From the NCBI GenBank assembly GCA_964348615.1, contig CAYGDE010000001.1:9096-73095 (forward strand): a stretch of DNA of 64,000 nt, given 5' to 3'. The notes beneath the pieces are model-generated. The model saw only the letters and a list, made by a program, of their open reading frames with translations. It made no database searches and was not told the origin of the DNA. The position numbers were made by a program, and so were the translations under genes. Shown piece by piece: positions 45,076-55,876 of the stretch. The DNA is from an uncultured Gammaproteobacteria bacterium (GTDB taxonomy: Bacteria > Patescibacteriota > Microgenomatia > Curtissbacterales > GWA2-41-24). Numbering within the stretch: the first letter of the stretch is position 1; every line of letters starts with the position of its first letter.

Positions 45076-48000
45076 ACGAACTAATTGATTTTGAATCATT
45101 AAAACTAACATTAGCGTCCTCCGATGAGATGAAAGCATGGTCATACGGAGAGATTACTAAGCCCGAAACCATTAATTATCGAACTTTAAAACCAGAAAAA
45201 GATGGTTTATTTGACGAACGAATTTTTGGACCAACAAAAGACTGGGAATGTTACTGTGGAAAATATAAAAGAATAAGATACCGCGGTATTATTTGCGACA
45301 AATGTGGCGTAGAAGTAACACAATCCAGAGTCAGAAGAGAGCGTATGGGTCATATTACCTTAGCAGCTCCTGTTATTCACAACTGGTTTTTCAAAGGCAG
45401 TCCGTCAAAGTTAGGACTTCTTTTGGAAGTTTCTCCAAGAAGTTTAGATGCCGTTGTTTACTTTGCTTCTTATCTAGTAATAGACGTAGACGAAGATAAA
45501 CGAAAAGCTATTGTTAAATCGTTAGAAGAAGATTTAGAAGCAAAAAGGAAAGACCAACAAAATATTCTTAAGGGTCAGTTAGAAGAACAAGAGAAAATGG
45601 GCAAAAAGGAAATTGCCCCCTTAAAAGGTAAAAAGATGGGCGAACAGTCAGAGCTGAAAATAGAAGAAATGCAGCTTACTATTCGCCAAAGACAGGCAAT
45701 GCTCAGAGACGAACATGTCAAAGAAGTTTCAAGACTTGAAGAAATCTACAAAAGCATAACCAACATTGTAAATAGCATCAAAAGCCAAGACCTTCTTTCA
45801 GAGGACGAATATCAAAAACTTTCAGATTATGGCGCAGAAGATTTTATGAGAATCGGCATGGGCGCAGAAGCCGTTCTTGCTGCTTTGGAAAAAATTGACC
45901 TTTCCAACTTATCCGCCAGATTAAGGCAAGAACTTACCAAATCCTCTGGCCAAAAGTATATAAAAGCAGCCAAAAGACTGCGTGTAGTAGAAGGGTTAAG
46001 AAAAGCCGGAATTTCTCCAAGTTGGTTTGTTATTAAGATTTTACCTGTTCTCCCTCCGGATCTTCGGCCGATGGTTCAGCTTTCTGGTGGTAGATTTGCA
46101 ACTTCCGACCTTAACGATCTTTATAGAAGAGTTATAAACAGAAACAATCGGCTTAGAAAGTTAATCGATCTTGGGGCTCCAGAAATTATTTTAAGAAACG
46201 AAAAGAGAATGCTTCAAGAAGCAGTAGACGCATTAATTGATTCCCAAAAAGTTAAAACAACAAGAGCTGCAAAAGAACTCAGAAGTCTCTCAGACATGTT
46301 GAGGGGGAAACAAGGAAGATTCAGACAAAACTTACTTGGGAAAAGAGTTGATTATTCTGGTAGGTCTGTAATTGTCGTAGGGCCAGAACTTGGTCTTCAT
46401 CAAGCCGGTATTCCAAAAGAAATGGCACTCGAAATGTTCAAACCGTTTGTCCTTAGGGAAGTTATCGGTAGAGGATTTGCTCCAAACGTCAAAAGCGCGA
46501 AGCATTTCGTTGAAAGAAGAAGTCCAGAAGTTTGGGATATTTTGGAAGAAATTACCCAAAATCATCCGATTTTACTAAACCGTGCACCAACTCTTCATAG
46601 GCTTGGTATTCAGGCATTTTACCCAATTTTAATAGAAGGAGATGCGCTTAGAATCCATCCCTGTATTTGTGCTGGATTTAATGCGGATTTCGACGGAGAC
46701 CAAATGGCTGTCCATGTTCCTTTGTCCGAAAAATCTCAAGAAGAAGCAGTAAATCTTATGTTTGCCGCCAAAAACTTATTAAGGCCAGCAGACGGTTCAC
46801 CAGTCACTTTGCCAAACAAAGAAATGGCTTTGGGAATCTATTACTTAACATCTATAAACACAACCATACCGCCATACGAAACACCATTTTTGGACGATGA
46901 AAGCGTTTTAGTTGCTTTTGCAAACCAAAAAATAAAGGCCAGACAACAAATCAAACTCGTCAAAAACGGCCAAATAATAGACACAACTCCAGGAAGGGTT
47001 GTTTTTAATCTTAAATTGCCGGAACAACTCAGGTTTATAAATGAAGCAGTTTCGGCAGCAGCAATCAAAGGAATTATCAACAGGTCCATCGACTTTTTGC
47101 CTGAAGATGAAGTTATAGAGTTAATTGACAGGCTCAAATCTCTTGGATTTGAAGGGGCTACGGTTTCTGGACTTTCAGTTTCGGTTTTTGACTGTATGAT
47201 TGTTCCCAACAAAGCAGCAATTATAGAAAATGCAGACAAGCAGGTTGAAGCAATCGAGAAAAACTTCAAGATGGGTTTAATAACAAGAGAAGAAGAAAGA
47301 AGACTATCTCAAGAAATTTGGCTATCAACAACAAACGAACTTGCAGACCTAACATGGAAAAGCTTACCAACAACCAATTCAATCAAGATTATTTCAGATT
47401 CAGGTGGTTCTCGTGCAACAGCTGAACAAATTAAGCAGCTTGCAGCAATTCGAGGACTTGTAACCGATCCTTCTGGAAATATCGTTCCATTGCCTGTAAA
47501 ATCAAACTTCCGTGAAGGTCTTTCAGTTTTTGAATACTTCACCTCTGCCCGTGGTGCAAGAAAAGGTCTTGCAGATAGAGCTATTAAAACTGCCGAATCT
47601 GGTTATCTAACTCGCCGTTTGGTTGACGTTGCCCACGATGCCATAATCAGAATTGCCGATTGCGGTACCACAGAGGGGATTACAGTGTCCAAACAAGACA
47701 AACGTCACACCCCACTTTCCCAAAGAGTACTCGGCAGAATTGCAGCTGCAGATGTATTTGTTCCAAAGACTAAAAAAGTTATTGTAAAAGCAGGTGAAGA
47801 AATAACAGATTCAATTGCAAAAGAGATTGAAAATGCTCAGGTAGAGCAAATGCAAATTCGTTCTGTTATTAACTGCCAAGCAAAACATGGTCTTTGTGCA
47901 GCATGTTACGGTAGAGATTTGGTCACACGTAAATTAGTAGAGTTAGGTACACCTGTGGGTGTAATTGCGGCGCAAAGTATCGGTGAACCAGGAACACAGC

Positions 48001-48758
48001 TTACCATGAGAACCTTCCACACCGGCGGTATCGTAGGTTTGGACATTACCCAAGGTCTTCCACGTGTCGAAGAGCTTTTTGAAGCCAGAACTCCAAAATT
48101 TGCTGCACAAATCTCAGAAATTGCCGGTAAAGTTGAGATTGAAGAAACCGAGGAAGGTTATGTTGTTAAAGTAAGAAGCACAAACATTAAGCCTCCGCAA
48201 GAAAAAGAATATTTTGTTCCGCCAACGTCCGAACTTACTGTTGCAACAGGTGACATAATTTCTGCTGGTACACCACTTTCATCAGGCTACCTAGACGTTA
48301 AAGAGTTATTGGCAATTTCTGGTCTCAGAATTGCTCAAAAATACATAATTGATGGTGCCCAAGAGGTTTATGAAAGCCAGGGTGTGCCAATTAACGATAA
48401 GCACTTCGAGGTTATTACTAGAAAAATGAGTGAAAAAGTCAGAATCGAATCATCCGGAGACACCGTTTTGCTTCCAGGTGAGTTAATAGACAAAAACAGA
48501 TTTGAAGGGGAAAATGCAAAAGTATTGGCAGAAGGCGGAGAGCCAGCAACTGCTCAAATCGTAATTTTAGGAATAACAAGAGCCGCTCTTTATACAGAAA
48601 GTTTCCTCTCGTCTGCCTCCTTCCAAGAAACAACCCGTGTTTTAACAGATGCGGCCTCCGAAGGCAAAAACGATCCGCTTTTGGGTCTCAAGGAAAACGT
48701 TATTATCGGAAGGCTTATTCCAACTAACGAAGAAAGAGCAACAATCAAAGAATCATAA
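45072..48758 (+). CDS. rpoC: DNA-directed RNA polymerase subunit beta'
   Basis: Zn finger CYCGKYKRIRYRGIICDKCG; NADFDGDQMAVH; ATGA overlap with rpoB. Confidence 0.97.
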   Translation: MNELIDFESLKLTLASSDEMKAWSYGEITKPETINYRTLKPEKDGLFDERIFGPTKDWECYCGKYKRIRYRGIICDKCGVEVTQSRVRRERMGHITLAAPVIHNWFFKGSPSKLGLLLEVSPRSLDAVVYFASYLVIDVDEDKRKAIVKSLEEDLEAKRKDQQNILKGQLEEQEKMGKKEIAPLKGKKMGEQSELKIEEMQLTIRQRQAMLRDEHVKEVSRLEEIYKSITNIVNSIKSQDLLSEDEYQKLSDYGAEDFMRIGMGAEAVLAALEKIDLSNLSARLRQELTKSSGQKYIKAAKRLRVVEGLRKAGISPSWFVIKILPVLPPDLRPMVQLSGGRFATSDLNDLYRRVINRNNRLRKLIDLGAPEIILRNEKRMLQEAVDALIDSQKVKTTRAAKELRSLSDMLRGKQGRFRQNLLGKRVDYSGRSVIVVGPELGLHQAGIPKEMALEMFKPFVLREVIGRGFAPNVKSAKHFVERRSPEVWDILEEITQNHPILLNRAPTLHRLGIQAFYPILIEGDALRIHPCICAGFNADFDGDQMAVHVPLSEKSQEEAVNLMFAAKNLLRPADGSPVTLPNKEMALGIYYLTSINTTIPPYETPFLDDESVLVAFANQKIKARQQIKLVKNGQIIDTTPGRVVFNLKLPEQLRFINEAVSAAAIKGIINRSIDFLPEDEVIELIDRLKSLGFEGATVSGLSVSVFDCMIVPNKAAIIENADKQVEAIEKNFKMGLITREEERRLSQEIWLSTTNELADLTWKSLPTTNSIKIISDSGGSRATAEQIKQLAAIRGLVTDPSGNIVPLPVKSNFREGLSVFEYFTSARGARKGLADRAIKTAESGYLTRRLVDVAHDAIIRIADCGTTEGITVSKQDKRHTPLSQRVLGRIAAADVFVPKTKKVIVKAGEEITDSIAKEIENAQVEQMQIRSVINCQAKHGLCAACYGRDLVTRKLVELGTPVGVIAAQSIGEPGTQLTMRTFHTGGIVGLDITQGLPRVEELFEARTPKFAAQISEIAGKVEIEETEEGYVVKVRSTNIKPPQEKEYFVPPTSELTVATGDIISAGTPLSSGYLDVKELLAISGLRIAQKYIIDGAQEVYESQGVPINDKHFEVITRKMSEKVRIESSGDTVLLPGELIDKNRFEGENAKVLAEGGEPATAQIVILGITRAALYTESFLSSASFQETTRVLTDAASEGKNDPLLGLKENVIIGRLIPTNEERATIKES

Positions 48759-48759
48759 C

Positions 48760-48789
48760 TTGTTAGTGCCGATGCCTTCCTGTTATAAT
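48760..48789 (+). promoter_or_regulatory. sigma-70-like promoter TTGTTA-18-TATAAT upstream of rpsL
   Basis: TTGTTA at 48760-48765 and TATAAT at 48784-48789. Confidence 0.55.
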
Positions 48790-48800
48790 CCTTATCTTAT

Positions 48801-49286
48801 ATGCCAACAGTAAACCAATTAATTAGGCACGGACGAAAGTCTAAGCCAAAAAAAACTAGAGCAACAGCCCTTCATCGTGCTTTTAATACGCGCGAAAACC
48901 GCTACGTTTTTTACCCATCAGGGCAAAAACGTGGAGTTTGTACAATCGTCAAAACCATGACACCCAAAAAACCAAACTCAGCTTTAAGAAAAGTTGCCAG
49001 GGTTAGGCTTTCCAACAAGCAGGAAATTACTGCCTACATTCCTGGAATTGGCCACGAACTGGCAGAACATTCAGTTGTAATGGTAAGGGGTGGTCGTGTC
49101 CAAGATCTGCCAGGCGTAAAATATCACATCATAAGAGGAAAATACGATACCACAGGTGTAAATAACCGGAAACAAAGCAGGTCTCTTTACGGAACCAAAA
49201 AATCTGGTGCTACATCAGGCACTCAAGCAGCCGCAGCAGCAGGCAGCGCCAAAGCCGCAGCCCAGCCAGCAGGAGGTGCAGCCTAA
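48801..49286 (+). CDS. rpsL: 30S ribosomal protein S12, with a C-terminal Ala/Gly-rich extension
   Basis: [11 protein letters not shown]...[14 protein letters not shown]; the tail [27 protein letters not shown] is atypical. Confidence 0.95.
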   Translation: MPTVNQLIRHGRKSKPKKTRATALHRAFNTRENRYVFYPSGQKRGVCTIVKTMTPKKPNSALRKVARVRLSNKQEITAYIPGIGHELAEHSVVMVRGGRVQDLPGVKYHIIRGKYDTTGVNNRKQSRSLYGTKKSGATSGTQAAAAAGSAKAAAQPAGGAA

Positions 49287-49780
49287 TGCCGCGAACTGGT
49301 AAAATCCCAAAGCGTAGAATCGAAGCAGACCCAATCTACAATAACCCTGTTTTGGCCAAGTTTATCAATAAATTAATGCTAGATGGCAAAAAGTCTGTTG
49401 CCCAAAAAGCAGTTTATGGAGCGCTTGAAGCACTCAAAGAAAAAGGTCATGATCCAATTGCGACTTTCGAAAAAGCGCTAGACAATGTTATGCCCAAAAT
49501 GGAAGTACGTCCCCGCCGTGTGGGTGGTGCTTCCTATATGGTTCCCATGGAAGTTCGTGGGCCCAGGCGTCAATCTCTTGCAATCACCTGGTTAATATTA
49601 GGCGCCCGCAAAAAAAGCGCAAAAGAAGTACAAAGAATCAAAAACCTTCCACTAATTGCTGCAAAAGTTGCAGCCGAAATTGAGGCAGCAGCACAAGGTG
49701 AAGGCGCAGCAGTTGGAAAACGTCAAGAAATGATGCGCGCCGCCGAAGCAAACAAGGCCTTCGCACATTTTAGATGGTAA
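49286..49780 (+). CDS. rpsG: 30S ribosomal protein S7
   Basis: Whole-length S7 similarity. Confidence 0.95.
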   Translation: MPRTGKIPKRRIEADPIYNNPVLAKFINKLMLDGKKSVAQKAVYGALEALKEKGHDPIATFEKALDNVMPKMEVRPRRVGGASYMVPMEVRGPRRQSLAITWLILGARKKSAKEVQRIKNLPLIAAKVAAEIEAAAQGEGAAVGKRQEMMRAAEANKAFAHFRW

Positions 49781-49797
49781 ACTTTCCCCATCTGGCA

Positions 49798-49826
49798 TTG
49801 ATAAGTAAGGCCAATCCTGCTATAAT
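49798..49826 (+). promoter_or_regulatory. sigma-70-like promoter TTGATA-17-TATAAT between rpsG and the small ORF/fusA
   Basis: TTGATA at 49798-49803 and TATAAT at 49821-49826. Confidence 0.65.
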
Positions 49827-49984
49827 CCCCGCTTACATCCTAATAGCCACGCACAAAATTCAGCCCATTGAAGCTAAATTAGGATATATTAGTTAGCTGT
49901 CAACCGTAAGCTATCAACAGAACCTAGGCACTTGTGTTAAGGCTTTGTTTTCTGCTTAAATGAGATTTATTGTAAAAAAGTGAT

Positions 49985-50251
49985 ATGAGTATTACAAAAG
50001 CCGCTAAACTAAAAGATCTTAAAAATAGGCTTCACGAGCTTGAAGAAGTTAAGCTTAAAGAAGCCCTTTCAAAATATGGTGATGCATTTCAAGAATCTTC
50101 AGCAGCCTGGAATGAAAATGCAGCCTGGGAATTGGCAGACGAAGAAGTTTCTGTTCTGCGTGCTATGGTTATGGAAATCAAAGGAGAAATTTACAGGCTT
50201 GAACATCCGATTCCACCAATAGCCTTGCACACAGATAAAAAATCCAAATAA
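49985..50251 (+). CDS. small coiled-coil protein resembling the N-terminal domain of GreA/GreB only (no FKBP-like C-terminal domain)
   Basis: KLKDLKNRLHELEEVKLKEALSKYGDAFQESSAAWNENAAWELADEEVSVLRAMVMEIKGEI follows the GreA-N pattern (..GDL.ENAEY.AA.E.Q....I..LE). Confidence 0.5.
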   Translation: MSITKAAKLKDLKNRLHELEEVKLKEALSKYGDAFQESSAAWNENAAWELADEEVSVLRAMVMEIKGEIYRLEHPIPPIALHTDKKSK

Positions 50252-50257
50252 TATAAA

Positions 50258-52399
50258 ATGGCCCAGCAAGATATTAAAGACAGACGTTATCCACTAGACC
50301 GTATTCGAAACATCGGTATAATTGCGCACATCGACGCGGGGAAAACTACAACTACAGAGCGAATTTTGTACTACACCGGCAAGACCTACAAAATAGGTGA
50401 TATCGACGAAGGCACAACAGTTACAGACTGGATGGAACAGGAAAGAGAACGTGGAATAACCATCGTCTCAGCAGCAGTAACTGCTTTTTGGACTCCAAAA
50501 ACCGGGCCTTTTGCCAATATAGAATCTAGAATTAACATAATCGACACTCCTGGCCATGTAGACTTCACAGCAGAAGTAGAAAGATCTCTGCGTGTTCTAG
50601 ACGGGGGGATAACAGTTCTAGACGCCGAAGAAGGTGTGCAAAGCCAATCAGAAACCGTCTGGCGCCAAGCCGACAAGTATAAAGTACCAAGAATTTGTTT
50701 TGTAAACAAAATGGACAAAATGGGTGCCGATTACTATGCCACACTAAAATCCATTATCGACAAACTGGGCGCGCCGGCAACTCCATACAACATCCCGCTC
50801 GGTAAAGAAAACGATTTTTCTGGTGTTATCGATCTTTTAACTCAAAAAGCCTACGTTTGGGACGAAACTGACAAAACCGGTATGAAGTTTGAAGAAGTTC
50901 CAATCCCAGATTCAGAAGCGAAAAATGTTGAAAAATATCGCCATGAATTAATCGAGAAAATTGCAGAATGCGATGATGCTCTTTTAGAAAAATACCTTGG
51001 CGGGCAAGAGCTGCAGGTTGATGAATTGAAAAAAGTCCTAAGACAAGCTGTTATCCAATACAAAATCGTGCCTGTTCTTGCAGGATCCAGTCTTAGGAAC
51101 AAAGGTGTTCAGCCGCTTTTGGACGCAGTCGTAGAGTACCTTCCTTCACCAACAGACATATCTGAAGTAAAAGGAACAAATCCAAAAACCCAAGAAGAAG
51201 AAGTCAGGAAACAAATACCAGAAGCACCATTTTGCGGTCTTGCTTTCAAGATTCAAGTAGACCCACACGTTGGAAAATTAACTTACGTTCGTGTGTATTC
51301 CGGAGTTTTAAAATCCGGTTCTGGGGTTATGAACTCCACAAAAAGAGACAGCGAGCGCATTGGCCGTATTCTTTTAATGCACGCCGACAAACGAGAAGAA
51401 ATCCAAGAAGCATATGCTGGGGAAATCGTTGCTGTTGTTGGTCTTAAAAGTACAGGCACAGGAGACACTCTTTGCGATCCAACAAACCCAATAGTTTTGG
51501 AATCGATTTCATTCCCAGACCCTGTTATTTCTTTAGCAATCGAACCTCAAACCAAAGCAGACCAAGAAAAACTTGGTTATGCCCTTGGCAGGCTTTCCGA
51601 AGAAGACCCAACCTTCAGAATTAAAGGTGATGCGGAAACAGGCCAGACAATTATTTCTGGAATGGGCGAGTTGCACTTGGAAATTCTAGTTGACCGTATG
51701 AAGCGTGAATTTAATGTTGCCGCCAATGTTGGCAGCCCTCAGGTTGCTTACCGCGAAACCATAAAACTTACTGCTCAAGCCGAAGGGAAATACATTAAGC
51801 AGTCGGGTGGTAGAGGCCAATATGGCCATTGTTTCCTGCGGGTTGAACCGAGAGGCAGAGGAGAAGGATACGAATTCAAATCGGAAATTAAAGGTGGAGC
51901 AATCCCCCAAGAATTTATTGGTTCAATTGAAAAAGGTATAAAGGAAAAAATGGAAATGGGTGTTATGGCCGGATATCCAATGGTCGACATGAAGGTCGCA
52001 GTTTACGACGGTTCTTACCACGACGTAGACTCTTCCGATATCGCTTTCAAAATCGCAGCATCAATGGCGCTGGAAGCTGCTGCCAAAAAGGCAACTCTTG
52101 TACTTCTTGAGCCAATTATGAAGGTTGAAGTAACTGTGCCAGAAGAATTTATGGGCGATGTTATTGGTGACCTTTCTGCCAAACGGGCTCAAATTTTAGG
52201 TTCAGACCATAGAGGTAATGCCACAATAATCAACGCTCTTGTCCCTCTTGCTGAAATGTCCGGTTATGTAACCACTTTAAGGTCGATGTCTCAAGGCCGT
52301 GGCTCTGCCTACATGGAACCTTCCCACTACGACGAAGTTCCAGGCAACATAGCAGATAAAATCGTTGCCAAAGTCAAAGGTCCTGCAAAAGAAAGCTAG
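50258..52399 (+). CDS. fusA: elongation factor G
   Basis: [34 protein letters not shown]. Confidence 0.97.
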   Translation: MAQQDIKDRRYPLDRIRNIGIIAHIDAGKTTTTERILYYTGKTYKIGDIDEGTTVTDWMEQERERGITIVSAAVTAFWTPKTGPFANIESRINIIDTPGHVDFTAEVERSLRVLDGGITVLDAEEGVQSQSETVWRQADKYKVPRICFVNKMDKMGADYYATLKSIIDKLGAPATPYNIPLGKENDFSGVIDLLTQKAYVWDETDKTGMKFEEVPIPDSEAKNVEKYRHELIEKIAECDDALLEKYLGGQELQVDELKKVLRQAVIQYKIVPVLAGSSLRNKGVQPLLDAVVEYLPSPTDISEVKGTNPKTQEEEVRKQIPEAPFCGLAFKIQVDPHVGKLTYVRVYSGVLKSGSGVMNSTKRDSERIGRILLMHADKREEIQEAYAGEIVAVVGLKSTGTGDTLCDPTNPIVLESISFPDPVISLAIEPQTKADQEKLGYALGRLSEEDPTFRIKGDAETGQTIISGMGELHLEILVDRMKREFNVAANVGSPQVAYRETIKLTAQAEGKYIKQSGGRGQYGHCFLRVEPRGRGEGYEFKSEIKGGAIPQEFIGSIEKGIKEKMEMGVMAGYPMVDMKVAVYDGSYHDVDSSDIAFKIAASMALEAAAKKATLVLLEPIMKVEVTVPEEFMGDVIGDLSAKRAQILGSDHRGNATIINALVPLAEMSGYVTTLRSMSQGRGSAYMEPSHYDEVPGNIADKIVAKVKGPAKES

Positions 52400-52475
52400 T
52401 CATTCATTTTCCCTCTTGCATTTGTCCTTATTTTTGTATAAACTTACCCATACTATCAGTCTAATCGACTGATTT

Positions 52476-53672
52476 TTGTTACCAAAAATGGCTGAAGGAA
52501 AATTTACAAGAAATAAACCGCACGTAAACATTGGGACAATTGGTCACGTCGACCACGGCAAAACCACGCTTACTGCGGCAATTACCAAAGTTTTGGCCTC
52601 AAAAGGTATGGCCCAAGAAAAGGCCTACGACCAAATCGACAACGCTCCCGAAGAAAGACAACGCGGAATTACAATCAACATTACCCATGTTGAATACGAA
52701 ACCGAAAAAAGACATTACGCTCATATAGACGCTCCAGGACACGCAGACTACATTAAAAACATGATCACCGGCGCCGCACAAATGGACGGTGCAATTTTGG
52801 TAGTTTCAGCACCAGACGGTCCAATGCCTCAAACTAGAGAACACGTTCTTCTTGCTCGCCAAGTAAACGTCCCCGCAATTGTAGTATTTTTGAACAAATG
52901 CGACATGGTTCAAGATGCCGAACTTCTAGACCTAGTTGAACTTGAAGTTCGCGAACTTCTAGACAAATACGAATACGACGGCAAAAACGCCACCATTATA
53001 AGGGGTTCTGCTAAAAAAGCTCTTGAAGGAGATGCAGATTCTGTTAAAGCCATTGAAGATTTAATGGCCGCAGTAGACGAAAAAATCCCAACTCCAACAC
53101 GAGACCTCGACAAGCCATTCATTATGCCTGTTGAAGATGTCTTCTCTATAAAAGGTAGAGGAACAGTTGTTACAGGCAGAATTGAAAGAGGCGTTGTTAA
53201 AGTAAACGACGAAATCGAAATTGTTGGTATCAAACCTACTAAAAAAACCGTTGTCACTGGTGTTGAAATGTTTAGAAAAGAACTCGACCAAGGTCAAGCC
53301 GGAGACAATGTTGGGGTTTTACTTCGCGGTGTCGAAAAAGACGATGTAGAAAGAGGACAAGTTTTGGCAAAGACAGGATCAGCAACTCCGCACACCGAAT
53401 TTGAAGCCGAAGTCTATATTCTTACCAAAGAAGAAGGCGGCCGCCACACACCTTTTTTTACAGGCTACCGACCACAGTTTTATGTTAGAACAACAGACGT
53501 TACCGGAGAAGCCACTCTGCCAGAAGGTGTAGAAATGGTAATGCCTGGAGACAATGTCAAAATGAAGATTAAACTTATTGCACCTGTTGCCATGGAAGAA
53601 GGGCTCAGGTTTGCAATTCGAGAAGGCGGCCACACAGTGGGCGCTGGAGTAGTTTCCAAGATTATTGCCTAA
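52476..53672 (+). CDS. tuf: elongation factor Tu (likely start at MAEGKF, 52488)
   Basis: [25 protein letters not shown]. Confidence 0.97.
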   Translation: MLPKMAEGKFTRNKPHVNIGTIGHVDHGKTTLTAAITKVLASKGMAQEKAYDQIDNAPEERQRGITINITHVEYETEKRHYAHIDAPGHADYIKNMITGAAQMDGAILVVSAPDGPMPQTREHVLLARQVNVPAIVVFLNKCDMVQDAELLDLVELEVRELLDKYEYDGKNATIIRGSAKKALEGDADSVKAIEDLMAAVDEKIPTPTRDLDKPFIMPVEDVFSIKGRGTVVTGRIERGVVKVNDEIEIVGIKPTKKTVVTGVEMFRKELDQGQAGDNVGVLLRGVEKDDVERGQVLAKTGSATPHTEFEAEVYILTKEEGGRHTPFFTGYRPQFYVRTTDVTGEATLPEGVEMVMPGDNVKMKIKLIAPVAMEEGLRFAIREGGHTVGAGVVSKIIA

Positions 53673-53685
53673 AAGCAACAATCTT

Positions 53686-53718
53686 GGCCCCTAGGCTTGC
53701 CTAAGGGGCCTTTTTTTT
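53686..53718 (+). terminator. intrinsic terminator after tuf
   Basis: GGCCCCT-loop-AGGGGCC followed by T8. Confidence 0.85.
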
Positions 53719-53882
53719 GCTAAAATTGCAAAGACAGAGTATTGTTCAGGAGAAGCGAGAATTATTAATATGACATTTGTTAGAAATCACTTCAAACGTC
53801 ACTGCCAGTAGAAAGTAACTTCTCGACTCGTTCCCACAAACTTTAGTCGTTAGTCTGTTAAAAGAAAGCACTTTAAAACAAA

Positions 53883-54191
53883 ATGCCAAAAGGTAGAATT
53901 CGAGTTAAATTAAAAGCATACGACGGCAGGGTCATCGACCAAGCGTGTCGTGACATTATAAACACTGGTCTTTCTACCGGGGCGAAAATCTCTGGTCCAA
54001 TTCCACTGCCAACCAAAATTTCAAAGCTCACTGTTTTAACCAGTCCGCATACCGACAAAGATGCCAGAGAACAATTTGAAATGCGAGTGCACAAAAGGTT
54101 AATCGACATAATCGAACCGACAAATAAAACAATCGATTCGCTTACTCATCTCGAACTACCGGCAGGAGTAGATATAGAGCTCAAAATGTAA
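53883..54191 (+). CDS. rpsJ: 30S ribosomal protein S10
   Basis: IRVKLKAYD...LPTK...[18 protein letters not shown]. Confidence 0.95.
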   Translation: MPKGRIRVKLKAYDGRVIDQACRDIINTGLSTGAKISGPIPLPTKISKLTVLTSPHTDKDAREQFEMRVHKRLIDIIEPTNKTIDSLTHLELPAGVDIELKM

Positions 54192-54341
54192 TTGTTATAT
54201 TGCTGTATTGTTATTTTGCTCAAAAAACAATTTAACAATAGAACAATTTAACAATATATTTTGGTGGGATTCCTGAAAACCTGACTAACCTCAGCGCAAT
54301 CTAAGGAAGCCTACTTTTTTGTTACTTTAAAGGAAATTATT

Positions 54342-55100
54342 ATGCCGACCATACTTGGAATAAAAGGAAACATGACAAACCGCTACAGTTCGCGGGGTCT
54401 TAGGGTACCTGTAACCATTGTACAAGCGAGTCCAAATACAGTCGTTGAAGTCAAAAAAGATAAAATTTTGGTTGGTCTTGGTGTTACAAAAAAGATCAAA
54501 AAACCTCAAAATGGCATTGTTACCAAAATTGGTCTTATGCCAAGATATTTAAAAGAAATTAAAAAAGACTCCGCCGCAGGCGGAGAAATTAAAGTCGGCG
54601 ACAAAATAACAGTTGCCGCGTTTGCGCTTGGAGATGCAGTTTCTGTAACAGGTACCACCAAAGGTCATGGTTTTGCAGGTGGTGTAAAAAGATGGGGTTT
54701 CCATGGAGGTCCAAAAACTCACGGGCAATCCGACAGACACAGAGCACCAGGGTCAATAGGTCAAGGAACCACACCAGGAAGAGTTTACAAAGGAAAACAC
54801 ATGGCAGGCCATTTTGGCAATGTACAAATTACAACAACCGGTTTGGAAGTAATTGCAATAGACGCGGCTAATAATTTGCTTCTAATAAAAGGTGCAGTGC
54901 CCGGTGCAAAAAATGGGTTTTTAATAGTAGAAAAAACAGGCAAAGTTAAAAAATACGTAGCCCCGCCAGAAGAAAAACCAAAGGAAGATGAAAAAGAGTC
55001 AAATGAGTCAAAGGGAGAAGAAAAAGAGAACAAAAAAGAGGAAAAACAAGAAGTAAAAGAAGAGAAGATTGAAGAAAAAAAGGAAGAGGTTAAGGAGTAA
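54342..55100 (+). CDS. rplC: 50S ribosomal protein L3, with a K/E-rich C-terminal extension
   Basis: GHGFAGGVKRWGFHGGPKTHGQSDRHRAPGSIG; about 50-aa KE-rich tail. Confidence 0.95.
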   Translation: MPTILGIKGNMTNRYSSRGLRVPVTIVQASPNTVVEVKKDKILVGLGVTKKIKKPQNGIVTKIGLMPRYLKEIKKDSAAGGEIKVGDKITVAAFALGDAVSVTGTTKGHGFAGGVKRWGFHGGPKTHGQSDRHRAPGSIGQGTTPGRVYKGKHMAGHFGNVQITTTGLEVIAIDAANNLLLIKGAVPGAKNGFLIVEKTGKVKKYVAPPEEKPKEDEKESNESKGEEKENKKEEKQEVKEEKIEEKKEEVKE

Positions 55101-55102
55101 AA

Positions 55103-55876
55103 ATGGCAGAAAAAAGAGCAGTTAAAACTAAAACAATATCAAGTCCAAAATCGACAGAACCAGCGGTTACAAAAAAGTCCTCTCTGTCATTGCGAGCGAA
55201 GAGAAGCAATCTATCCCCTGCTGTCATTCCCGCAAAAGCGGGAATCCAGAAAGCTAGCGGTCTCACCGTTCCGGTTTTCGACATAAATGGCAAAAGCGCA
55301 GGAACTATTACTTTGCCAAAAGAAATCTTTGGACAAAAAGTGGGGAAAAATCTTCTTGCCCAAGCAATTCGCGTCTACCAGGCAAATAGTATTGCCCACA
55401 CTGCTCATACCAAAACCCGAGGCGAAGTAAGAGGCGGAGGAAAAAAACCTTGGCGCCAAAAAGGCACTGGTAGGGCAAGAGCAGGGTCAAGCAGGTCCCC
55501 TCTTTGGGTTGGTGGCGGTACAACTTTTGGTCCGAGGAAAAATGAAAAAGAACTAAAACTACCCCAAAAAATGCGCAAAAAAGCTCTCATCTACGCTCTT
55601 TCCGAAAAAACACAATCAAATCAAATAAAAATCATTTCTGGCATCGAAAAAATCGAACCAAAGACAAAAATCATTTCTAATCTACTTAGTAAGTTAGAAA
55701 CAAAAGGGCGATCTTTATTGGTAACCTCGCAAAATCCGCCAGCTGGCGGAATTAAATTAGCATCAAGGAACATACCAAATCTTAAATTAACTGCCCCTCA
55801 AAACCTTAACGCTTACGAAGTTTTAAAAAATAACCAAATATTAATATCAAAAGAAGCAGTTGCACTTTTTAAATAA
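55103..55876 (+). CDS. rplD: 50S ribosomal protein L4, with an N-terminal extension containing an in-frame GC-rich palindromic insertion
   Basis: L4 core: [31 protein letters not shown]. The N-terminal about 53 aa include [26 protein letters not shown]. Confidence 0.95.
   Translation: MAEKRAVKTKTISSPKSTEPAVTKKSSLSLRAKRSNLSPAVIPAKAGIQKASGLTVPVFDINGKSAGTITLPKEIFGQKVGKNLLAQAIRVYQANSIAHTAHTKTRGEVRGGGKKPWRQKGTGRARAGSSRSPLWVGGGTTFGPRKNEKELKLPQKMRKKALIYALSEKTQSNQIKIISGIEKIEPKTKIISNLLSKLETKGRSLLVTSQNPPAGGIKLASRNIPNLKLTAPQNLNAYEVLKNNQILISKEAVALFK
55186..55246 (+). repeat. two tandem GTCATT-[hairpin]-AATC palindromic units inside rplD; the second is ATTCCCGC-AAAA-GCGGGAAT (ATTCCC-N8-GGGAAT)
   Basis: Unit 1 at 55186-55211 (ATTGC/GCAAT stem, loop GAGCGAAGAGAA); unit 2 at 55223-55246 (perfect 8-bp stem). 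Locally GC-rich in an AT-rich gene; reading frame preserved. Confidence 0.8.

Noticed and set aside
46841-47269. Minus-strand 142-aa ORF inside rpoC, together with other antisense ORFs inside rpoB, infB, pnp, dnaK, tuf and fusA.
   Set aside because: They overlap strongly supported conserved genes on the opposite strand and have no features of their own.
55090-55293. Minus-strand 67-aa ORF (…[15 protein letters not shown]…) antisense to rplD.
   Set aside because: It is a translation artefact of the GC-rich palindromic insertion lying inside an essential r-protein gene, not a gene.
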